This document shows positions 10,624 to 20,519 of a stretch of 64,000 nt of DNA, one piece after another. The stretch covers positions 1-64,000 of the forward strand of contig JALMLS010000541.1 in NCBI GenBank assembly GCA_038496445.1, read 5' to 3'. The notes under the pieces are model-generated. The model saw only the letters and a program-made list of their open reading frames with translations, searched no databases and was not told the origin of the DNA. This stretch comes from Trichosphaerium sp. ATCC 40318. Lineage: Eukaryota; Protista; Tubulinea. Positions within the stretch are counted from its first letter, which is position 1; each line of letters opens with the position of its first letter. The position numbers and the translations under genes were made by a program.

Positions 10624-13600
10624 ATGGAGCACACTCATTGGAATCAGTCTTTTGACACAAGTGACAACACACAACAGCTAAAAATATCGTTTCGCGTCAA
10701 ATTCAAGAAAGAAACGTACAGAATACGTACATCAACGTATGGTACAGTAATTCAACTCAAACAGGCTGTATATAAAGTGATAGGGGTTAAACCACATTTA
10801 CAACGTTATCCTTCACTTGATTACTCGGAGTACACCAATGTAATGTACGGACTGGCTTACGCCGGTCAACTGTAATCAACCCAAATAAACACACTTAATC
10901 TCCTCGAGTTCTCCAAGCACCCTCTCCTGTTATATTTGACGACACGAATCGATTTGAACACACCATGAACACCCTCAGCGATCTAGAACGTACATTAGCT
11001 CCTTGGAATTATCTACCGGACTTCGACAAAATCAAAACGGCACGAAACACGCGACTGAAATTGCTCTACAAACAGAAGGACTTCAAAGCCGACACGGTTT
11101 CCGAAACCGACTTCATTTCCAGCCAAGCCACAGCCCCTCAGCTTCCCCGCAGCGGTATTCTGTTTTTCTCTGGTGCGCCACCTTCCAAGAACTCGCCTGG
11201 GATCCGCGAATGGTTAAACTCGATGAAACGGCACACCACTACTTATAGTTGGACCGACAAGCAGTTTGAAGGCGTTTTGCGTTCACATCTATCAGGTTTA
11301 GCCCTTCAGAAGACACGAAACCTCGCGTACAACAACAAAGCTAAGCACCAGATCGCAGACCCTACCGCAGACGAACCGTTGGCTGAACGAACGATTTCTT
11401 CTGCTTCATACGAGCTAGTACACACCTTGGTATTAGCGTACGTCCCAGCAACGACCGAAACCGACACACGTGAGAAACTTCGTACGCTTGTTCACCGCGA
11501 TACCGAAACTGTGGCAGATTTCTACAACAAGATCCAGAACCTATCCTACGACGCCGGTTACGCTCCAGAAGACAAGTATCTTCTCGACAGATTTATCGCC
11601 TGTATTCACAAGAATTATTTTGCTCTCCTCGTCTCCCAGCAACCAAAGACCATCACAAAGGCTTATTCACTGGCTCAAGCGATGGAAGCCTCTTTTCAAG
11701 CCCGCGAAACTTCCATGGCATCTTCCGCTCCTCCAGCTACATCTCCTTTGCCTTCTGTCAGTGCCATCTCCCCTCCTCCCTCCTCCCAGCCTCGACATGG
11801 CCATCTCACATGTTACTATTGCAAGAAACCAGGCCACATCAAACGCAATTGCCCTATCAGACCGAAGAGACCAGCTAAATATGAACGACAGCAGTGGTCT
11901 CAACGTTTCAATCAAAGACGCCCTCGACACTTCGGTCCAAGACGCCCTCCTCAACGCCCTCCTCAAAGACGTCAACGCTGGAACGTCAACAACGTTGAAT
12001 ACGACGCTTATGGCTATTCTCAACCTCCTCCTCCTGGCTACTACAACGCTCCTCCGTATGCTGTCCCTTCTCACTGGCCATACTACGACCAGGGAAACTA
12101 AACTACAGCGCTTTTGTGGCTAGCGCTCGGAAAAATAAATTGGCCGCACCTCTACAACCTCTCATCGGCACGTGTTTTCTTTCCAATTCACAGTTTCCTT
12201 GCCTTTTCGACACTGGCGCTTCAGTGTCAGTTTTATCATCTCGTATGGTTTCATTACTAACACATTCTATGACACCAACGACGTCTCCTTCTACTGTCAA
12301 CGCTTTTGATGGCTCCGCTGTACGAGTGTTAGGTACCATTCACCTAGACGTTCGTCTTGGGATACGTACTCGATCAATTCAGTTCCTGGTTGTCGACTCT
12401 TCCAAGCACGACGTCATATTAGGCATGGACGCCTTGCTCGCTTTCAGTGCTGTCCTTGATCTCCCAAAACAGCAAATTCTACTCAAAGAAACCGCTTTGG
12501 AACCGTCTGTCACCTGTCATGTCGAATGTTACGCTACCACACGTAGTTTCATACGTACGTCCTCTGCTATTACTGTTCCTCCTACTGACGCTGATATGCC
12601 TCACGTCATCTGGACACAAACGGATAAATCGTACGACGTACAGGAAGGCTTAGTGTCAACCATACACGATCATGACCTACCAATATCAATCGCTCGAGGC
12701 ATGGCTGTTGCACGTGGTAATAGGATTCCGTTGTTGGTCTCTAACCTCTCTGGTAACACCGTCACCATTCCCGAAGGCACAGCTCTCGCTACGTTCGACT
12801 CAAACGCTGTTGAGAAACTCAGACACGTCAAGTCCGAAGTCATCAGAGCACTGAGAAAAATGAAACACCTCCTCAACCCTCGTAATTTCACACCACATGT
12901 CAGGCGCGAAGTAGACAGACTCTTTGGCGTTGTCAAAAATTCTAATTTAACCCATTCTGAAAACAAAGTTTTTCTTTTATTTTTATTCCATTTTAGTCAT
13001 ATTTTTACTAAAAACCCTAAGACACCTCCTGAAGCGAATGTACCTCCTCACTTGATAGACACCGGCGATGCTCGTCCTGTGCGTGTCCCTCTGCGATCAT
13101 TCTCGCCCCCACAAGCAGAGTATATTGCCGATATGGTCAGACAGCTGTTGAAGGATGGTATCATTTGACCTTCAAAGAGCGCCTGGAGTGCTCCTGTCCT
13201 ACTTGCTCTCAAGAAAGACGGCACAAAACGCTTTTGTATCGATTATCGCTCTTTAAATCGTGTTACAAAAAGGGACGTCTTTCCTCTTCCAAAAATTAAC
13301 GACGCTCTCAACCATTTACAGATGGCTAAATTCTTTTCTGCTTTAGACGCTCCCAACAGCTTTTGGCACATACCCATTGACGAACGAGACAAACACAAGA
13401 CAGCATTCGCAACTCGTGATGGTTTATACGAGTGGAATCGGATGCCTTTTGGGCTAACCAACGCTCCTGCTACATTCCAACGTACTATGAACACCTTGTT
13501 GTCTGGATTAACTTGGCACGTTTGTCTCGTCTATATGGACGACATAATAATTTATTCAAATTCCTTTTTAGAGCATTTGCTCGCTCTCATTCTTGTTTTC

Positions 13601-16600
13601 GATCGAATTGAAGCCTCTGGTTTCACATTACGATTTAAAAAGTGTCAATTTTTTCAAACAGAAATTTCTTACCTTGGACATCTTATCTCCTCTGCAGGTG
13701 TTCGTCCTGATCCTGACAAGATTGCTGTCATTGCTAAATGTCGTCTTCCGGAGAATATCTCTGAGCTTCGTACGTTCCTTGCTACTGCAGGCTACTACCG
13801 TAAGTTCATCAAGGATTTCGCCTTGATCTCGGAACCGATGCAAAAGTTATTGCGTAAAGACATCGAGTGGTCCTGGATAGACAGTCAAATCAAATCCTTT
13901 GATGATGTTAAGAAGCGGCTAACATCTACTCCTGTACTTGCACTACCTCGCTTTGATCGCGCATTTCATTTGTATACGGATGGCTCTGGATATGCTTCAG
14001 GTGCAACTCTTGAACAGGACGACGATACAGGCAAAAGGCGCGTCATTGCATTTTTTTCTAAAGCCCATTCAAAACACGAGCGAGTTTATAAAAACACTAC
14101 AGAATGGGAAATGTTAGCTATTATTCGCGCCCTTGATAAGTTTAGGCCGTACCTGCTGTACAATGATGTGCATATCTACACCGATCACCAAGCTCTGAAG
14201 TGGATTTTTAAGAACAAACATCTTAAACCCAAATTCGCTAGGTGGATCATGAGGATGGAAGATTTCAAATATACGGTTCACCACCGTCCTGGCACCCAAC
14301 ACGCCAACGCAGACGGACCTAGCCGTCGTCCCTTTGTAGATGTCGCCAACATCTCATCCTCGTCAACCTCCGACAACACCGTCCACACACAAAAGATAAG
14401 TGCTACTGATACTCTTTTCTCCGTTAAAGAACAGCTCGCTGATGAAGTTTTAGGTCCTCTACACGTTTTCCTTTCCAAAGGACATGTCAAAACTTCAAAA
14501 CCTTTGCTACGACGTATACGTGCTATGGCCAAAACTCATTTCATCGACGCTGCTTCTGGACTTGTGTGCCGACGGTGGGCTTCCTCCAAAGATGAATCCA
14601 GCGAAAGTTACGTACAGATTTGCGTGCCAAAATCGCACATTAAAATAGTACTTGCTGCTTTTCACGATGACCTAGGTCATCAAATGTACATGAAGCTACT
14701 CGCTCTTGTACGCCGTCGATATTGGTGGTCCACCTGCAACAGAGATTGCCGCGAATGGTGCACCAACTGCAAATTATGCTCATCACGCAAAACTCCGCGT
14801 GTCAAGCGTGTCTTTCCCTTAGGAGCTACACCTGCATCCTGTCCTTGGGAAAAAGTTTCAATTGACACACTCAAATTACCGACCACTCCATGTGGAAACT
14901 GTAAAGTTGTAGTTGTCACTTGTCTTTTCACCAAATGGGTTTGCGCTAAGGCGTTCTCCGACGAGGAAGCACCAACTGTTGCAAGTTGGCTTGTAGATGA
15001 CATCTTTAGCACATGGGGCTATCCCAAGTTCCTGCTCTCCGATCGCGGTGCCAATTTCCTCGGCACTCTCATCCAAGGGATCAACGATTTGTTTCGCGTT
15101 AAGAAACTCAACACTACTGCATATCACCCACAAACCAACGGGCAAGTCGAACGTTTTAACCGCACCATAATTGAAATGCTCTCTATGTACACTCTTGGTG
15201 GCTCCTTCAACTGGGATAGAATATTACCACAATGCATCCAAGCATACAACTTCTCTCCCCACTCTTCAACCAAGATGTCACCATTTCTCCTCATGACTGG
15301 ACGCGAAGCTAACTTACCGATGCAATCTACCATGCCTACCTTCGCTCCCCAACACGCTTCCAAACGCGACTATGTTCACGACCTGGCCGATAGAACCAGA
15401 AAAGCTCAAGCACTTGCAAAAGGATACAACCAGAAAAGACGCGAATATAACAAGGCTTATCACGACCGAACAAACAACGTATCACTCAGAACCTACGAAG
15501 TTGGCGATCAAGTTATGGTTTACCTTCCAAAGCCACATGGCAAGCACACGACAAAATTATCCCACCATTGGACTGGACCATTCGCCATATCAGCTAAAGT
15601 ATCAGACCTCGTATACGTACTCGACAAAGATGATGATGACGGCGGCTGGCATCCAGTTGTTAATGTCAGTTGCCTCAAACCTTCCCACCTCAACAGTTAC
15701 AACGATGTACCTCAAATTCATAATGACATTCCACACTCGACAATACCATTATCCACTACACGCTCCCTTATTCCTATTACAACGGCACAACCTGTAGATG
15801 ATGACGATGACGACGACGATGACATCACAGATGATTATTCAAGACCCAAAAGAACAAAACGAAAACCTTTCAGTTTCTCGGACAATCTTAAATCTTCATT
15901 GGAACTTCTTCAAATTAAAGCTTTATCCCTCAGACGCGGAGATGCCTGGCGATCGATGATAGAACCACTTACTAGACTCTTGGCCCTAGGATCGTTATTC
16001 ATTACGAACAACAAAAGATGCGAATATTTTCAGAATTTTATTGATAATATTGACTCAAAAGCAAAACTACTAGCACTCCTGGAAGATTGTGTTCTCAACT
16101 TTGACCGAGTTTTTGCATACGAAATTTCAAAATGGTGAGGTACTTTATTGCCTGATTCAGTTATGGTTCCTGTATTTGGACGTTGAAACTATGAAGACCA
16201 TGATTGATCACGCGCTTCACTATGTGCTCTACTCAAAGAAGGGGAGGATGTAATGTACGGACTGGCTTACGCCGGTCAACTGTAATCAACCCAAATAAAC
16301 ACACTTAATCTCCTCGAGTTCTCCAAGCACCCTCTCCTGTTATACCAACGTACGCTATGAGGGTTCAAAACCAGTAAACAAGAAAAAAGTTTCAAAATCC
16401 AAAATATGCTTAACGAAAGCTGGAAAATTTTTTTTCCAAAACAATATCATAAAAAATTGTAACTAACAGGCTGTGAAGGATGAAGTGCTCCCCTATGAAA
16501 TACTTGGTATAACATATGATTGTGAAGTTATACTAAAGACAGAGAAGAGTCCTGTTTCATCAGTGGTACAAGGGCTAAGGTACTTTGTTGTTCAAAAAAA

Positions 16601-18011
16601 GAACACTTAAAATCTAAGTACCTTTGTTTGTTAGCACTGAGCCCGATTGTAACGCTAGAACCGCACTGATTTATAGTTTACTTCAGGCTATTCAACCTTA
16701 TACTGATGATAGAAACGACATACACATACAACAAAATATACAACATGTGGAAGATGGTGGGCAAACAGAACCTAATATTTTTTGTTCGCTGAACAATCCA
16801 ACTAAAACATACTTCAATTTTGCGATTTACATCTACACAAGTGATCCCACATGTGACCAAAGCGAGTATGTATATGTTGAATATCCCATACTTATCATTG
16901 GCATATTTGAAAATGGTAAAACGGGAGTTCTAACATCCATGGAGGCAAGTACAACTTGATAAACTTGATAGCAATATTGAAGAAAGCTTTCAAAAAAAAA
17001 CTCACGAATACCTGTATAATTATTTATTGGACGTTCTTGCTAGTTTTACTCTAATTTTTTTGTTAAGGGATTAATAAACAGGAACAAAGTCATATCAAAA
17101 ATGGAATATATGACCGTTTGGAATGAATTTGTAAGGGAAGGAGTGACAAGCGTTGTTGATTTAACACCAAAAAGTGTTGCAATATTTTTTTCAGGTTTTA
17201 TGGAAAGTGATTTTGACCTCGAGATACAACTCAAGCGTCCCAAAACAATAATTAATGTGGACCCTGAAAATACAACAGACAAGATTTCAATGATGCCTCC
17301 AGGTACATCTTTGCCACATCTTCAACAGAGATCTTTTGTATCAACAAACTGTTTTGTTGTTTACAATTCTTAGAAATAATCACACTCATATTGGAACATC
17401 TCGACTGTGTTTCAACAAAGTGCCTATTAACAGCATGCCAGTTTCTATATGATTCTGTAAAATCCAATATTCAATATTACAGTGCTGTCAGTCTGATTGA
17501 AAGAGAAGGTCTTCCAGACCATAACAAGCTGAAACATGTCAAAGAGATTGATATCAGATTCATGTGTAAAGCGGATGCTCAACGTCTTTTACAACAACTA
17601 TCAAGAGAAAGAAACAATATAAAGACAATCAAGACATACCACAGAGATACATCATACATTGAGAAGCAGTTGCCAAGAGCTTCAATAACACCGCAAAGGA
17701 TCTATGTTTGTTTTGTACCCAAGACCACAATTCAAAATAGCCTTATTTGTCTCATACACGACAAAGTAAGTGCATCTGTTTTGCTAAAAGAAGACGACCA
17801 GCCACATCAACTCAGGATTTTTTCAAAGTTTCTGAGGTGGTATCCAGAGATAAAGTTGGTTCAGCTCTACAACAGTCACTACAAAGTATCTCATTTATTT
17901 CGAACAATATGCCAAGAGATGAACTGTAATATCTTCTTTTGTGGAAGTATCAAAGAAGACTTTTTGCAAGAGTATTTTCGCGCAAAAGATAAACAATTCT
18001 GTTTCTCTTAA
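10624..18011 (+). CDS. Ubiquitin-like-domain protein, paralog 1; interrupted by the retrotransposon and carrying an internal deletion (may be a pseudogene)
   Basis: Ubl-like pattern VKFKKETYRIRTSTYGTVIQLKQAVYKVIGVKPHLQRY...|DEVLPYEILGITYDCEVIL; colinear with 25420-27385. Start codon uncertain. Confidence 0.65.
10839..10934 (+). repeat. 5' LTR (96 bp, TG...TA)
   Basis: tgtaatgtacggactggc...cctctcctgttata, identical to 16249-16344; AATAAA at 10884-10889. Confidence 0.95.
10965..12101 (+). CDS. gag: Retrotransposon Gag
   Basis: 378-aa ORF; capsid-type motif HRDTETVADFYNKI; zinc knuckle CYYCKKPGHIKRNC; basic and Pro-rich tail. Confidence 0.92.
   Translation: MNTLSDLERTLAPWNYLPDFDKIKTARNTRLKLLYKQKDFKADTVSETDFISSQATAPQLPRSGILFFSGAPPSKNSPGIREWLNSMKRHTTTYSWTDKQFEGVLRSHLSGLALQKTRNLAYNNKAKHQIADPTADEPLAERTISSASYELVHTLVLAYVPATTETDTREKLRTLVHRDTETVADFYNKIQNLSYDAGYAPEDKYLLDRFIACIHKNYFALLVSQQPKTITKAYSLAQAMEASFQARETSMASSAPPATSPLPSVSAISPPPSSQPRHGHLTCYYCKKPGHIKRNCPIRPKRPAKYERQQWSQRFNQRRPRHFGPRRPPQRPPQRRQRWNVNNVEYDAYGYSQPPPPGYYNAPPYAVPSHWPYYDQGN
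12092..12148 (+). promoter_or_regulatory. -1 programmed ribosomal frameshift signal (G GGA AAC slippery heptamer plus predicted H-type pseudoknot)
   Basis: Heptamer 12092-12098 lies just before the gag TAA; the -1 frame is open into pol. Stem 1 AGCGCT 12107-12112 / 12122-12127; loop TGTGGC can pair with GCCGCA 12143-12148. Confidence 0.8.
12092..16138 (+). CDS. pol: Retrotransposon Pol (protease, RT, RNase H, integrase) with one in-frame TGA at 13166-13168
   Basis: LFDTGA (PR); RFCIDYRSLN, MPFGL, YMDD (RT); LYTDGS, YTDHQAL, NADGPSR (RH); HHCC, SIDT, LSDRG, NGQVERFN, WTGPF (IN). ORFs 12116-13168 and 13322-16138 share a frame. Confidence 0.93.
16235..16248 (+). other. Polypurine tract
   Basis: AAAGAAGGGGAGGA directly abuts the 3' LTR. 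Confidence 0.9.
16249..16344 (+). repeat. 3' LTR (96 bp)
   Basis: Identical to 10839-10934; followed by CCAA. Confidence 0.95.
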
Positions 18012-18429
18012 ACGTAAAGCAGTACTTGGTATTGCTACATTGTACCTTACTTCAGATCTTGTGCCTTAGCCAATTAATAAACGTTTCTATCATACCATCA
18101 TAAAGCAACAGTTTAAAAACTTAACGTCAATCTAGGTACAGGAAGACTAGGACAGAGTGTAGCTTGACACAAGCGCCTTTTTGGTTCGTAGTAGGCTGAT
18201 AGGCATGGATACTCAATAGGTTCTTATCAGTTTCGGTAGCGGGGTGAGTCAACATCCCGACATAAACGTGCTAGCACCAAAAGTATGGAGTTAAGCAACC
18301 TTAATAGAGCACAGTGTAATGATATATTATTCGCTTCTGTTGTAACCTCAATGCATTGGTAGTACAGGCAGAAATAAGTAAGGGTTAGTGTAAACAAATT
18401 GACCAATAAAAAATGTATCCCAACGTCCA

Positions 18430-19359
18430 ATGACATCGAAACGGATCACGTGTGCTGATACGTTAAGCACAAAAGTAACTGACTTGTTTTCGCTTCCAGT
18501 CGAGATACTATTATCTATTGTGATAAGTAACAACCTAACATGGCAAGATTTGGCTTCATTACAACAATCAAACCATTATCTATGCGAAATAATACGAAAT
18601 GACTCAGATTACATTTATCGACATTTGTACCATCAGAAATGGGGCCGCGATGGCGAAAAAGTGGAGTCTGCTGTCCACAAACAACTCACAAGTCTCTTAA
18701 AAAAGCAAAAGTCGTTTGGGCTTGTAAAGGTAAAGACTTTGTATAACCTCAGTGCAGTCACGTGGAAAGAAAATTATCGAAACAAGCTTCGTCCAAATAT
18801 CATCGCAGTTCTGAGCTGTGACAAGAAATATGTTCGGAAAGGACAAACAGTAACACTCACTATCACACTCGAGAATGTTGGTACCACAACAGAGAAAGTT
18901 CATCTTGGCTGTGGAAACAAAAGACAGGACGCCATTGAACGCAGTAACATTATCCATGTTTGGAAACCTCTTATCACTGACCCTAATGGGTTTCTTAACA
19001 ACTACAGGAGGGGAAATACTGATTCGTTGTTTCATGAGGATAAACTTATCAGACTGAGGCCGGACGATAGGTATACTTTTAAGATACCATTACTTTTTGA
19101 CTCAGGTTTAAGACTGAGATATACGATTCACAAATTTATTACTCCACAACCTGTACTACCTCCTGGTGCGCTATCTCTTCAAACTAGATTCTACGAACTG
19201 TTTGTTGCCTGTAATAAAACACCAAATGTGTTTCCTCTTCAAGTATTCGCCCAAGTCACTACTGAAAAGGAATCAGGCAACGGATATTGTACTTCTGTTT
19301 ATGGACATTGTTCGAAAGTTACAAGCAATGTTGTAGATCTTACAATGTATAAAGAATAG
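18430..19359 (+). CDS. Intronless F-box protein with C-terminal beta-sandwich-like region
   Basis: LFSLPVEILLSIV...WQDLASLQQSNHYL (F-box); LSCDKKYVRKGQTVTLTITLENVG resembles an Ig-like strand pattern. Confidence 0.7.
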   Translation: MTSKRITCADTLSTKVTDLFSLPVEILLSIVISNNLTWQDLASLQQSNHYLCEIIRNDSDYIYRHLYHQKWGRDGEKVESAVHKQLTSLLKKQKSFGLVKVKTLYNLSAVTWKENYRNKLRPNIIAVLSCDKKYVRKGQTVTLTITLENVGTTTEKVHLGCGNKRQDAIERSNIIHVWKPLITDPNGFLNNYRRGNTDSLFHEDKLIRLRPDDRYTFKIPLLFDSGLRLRYTIHKFITPQPVLPPGALSLQTRFYELFVACNKTPNVFPLQVFAQVTTEKESGNGYCTSVYGHCSKVTSNVVDLTMYKE

Positions 19360-19813
19360 CAATAAAACAGTATTATTTTAATAACACTTGCTCACACTGT
19401 ACATTCATAGAATATATCTTCACTGGTAACATTTATAAAACTAGTAATGAAGAATATGAACATTGAGGGAGATTTTAAAGGCTATTTCCTGGCAAGCACA
19501 TGGTGCAATTAGAACTTTGCTTCAAATTCTGTTTATTAACTACTGGCGGCCTTGGTACCTGGTGCATAGGTGTCGCCTACAAGACTAGAACATTGTTTGT
19601 GGACACATTAACAGTTATATGGTCACGTAAGCAACGATTAGCGGTTATGGTCAGTGAGCCAACCTTGTGATAGTAAACATGAAAAACCTCGAAGTAGTGT
19701 ATGTTCTTTCAATGTCGAATGAAATTCAGTTACATCAGAATAAGCGCAACAACAGACACTCTTAAGCTCTCCATGATATTTTTATTTGGTTTGTGTCTTT
19801 CTGAACATTAGTG

Positions 19814-20348
19814 CTACAACGGGCCTCCTTGGTTAATTCTGGACACCTCTAACATATTGTCTATCTTTACTCCAATAAGTGCCAAAGCGCCCAAGTCTGT
19901 AACAGACGTGCAAGACGATAAATCAACTGAATGAGCACCTGCTAAAGCCTTTATACCCTCATCTGTTATTGACTTGCAATTACTCAAATTGATAGTATGA
20001 ACTCCTGCCAATTCCTTAATACCTTCATCTGTCACATGTAAGTGACCTAAAGAAATAGTGTGTATACCTTTTAGAAAGCGAACATGACTGTTAGAAAGAA
20101 TAGGTGAAGGCAACTCAAACTGATGGCCGTATTCTGTAGTAAAGGACTACCCACAACACTTGAATAGAATCGTAACAACCCAGATTAAACCATATCCTAC
20201 GTGATTATGTACAACATCTCGCATGAAATGACATGTTTGGGCTGCACGGAGTGTGTAAGTCCCGCGTTTTCGAATACACTATAATTTCGACTGGGAGTGC
20301 AATGAGGTTGAATGTGCTTGGTGTACTCGTATATTTCGGTCAATCCAT
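19814..20348 (-). pseudogene. Decayed F-box + short-LRR family member
   Basis: ATG GAT TGA start; F-box LIALPVEIIV; after a frameshift RAAQTCHFMRDVVHNHVGYG (matches paralogs); further breaks; then GIHTISL/GVHTINL/GAHSVDL repeats. Confidence 0.75.
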
Positions 20349-20519
20349 TGCGAATATTTCGCAGGCTCCTAGTATTACGCTGAGGCATTTGTCGCGTGCA
20401 CATTCACGAAATAATTCTGTGCCTGTAGGGGTAACTTAATCAAATAAACTAAACAAAGTCAAGTTCTATGAAACTCTAGGAAATGGCAACGGTACGTAAC
20501 GTTGTTTATACACTAGTAA

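Larger units (their letters stand above)
10839..16344 (+). mobile_element. Full-length Ty3/Gypsy (Metaviridae) LTR retrotransposon
   Basis: Identical 96-bp LTRs; CCAA target-site duplication (10835-10838 and 16345-16348); gag with CCHC knuckle; pol order PR-RT-RH-IN; PPT before the 3' LTR. Confidence 0.97.

Noticed and set aside
11470-12123. 217-aa alternative-frame ORF and antisense ORFs over gag/pol
   Set aside because: Shadow ORFs expected in the GC-richer element; no recognisable motifs.
13166-13168. Genome-wide TGA reassignment
   Set aside because: TGA ends pol, the TRF-like gene and the UFSP gene, and long host exons show no in-frame TGA.
10839-16344. tRNA-gene-targeted integration of the retrotransposon
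   Set aside because: No tRNA gene flanks the insertion; the only tRNA found is ~30 kb away.
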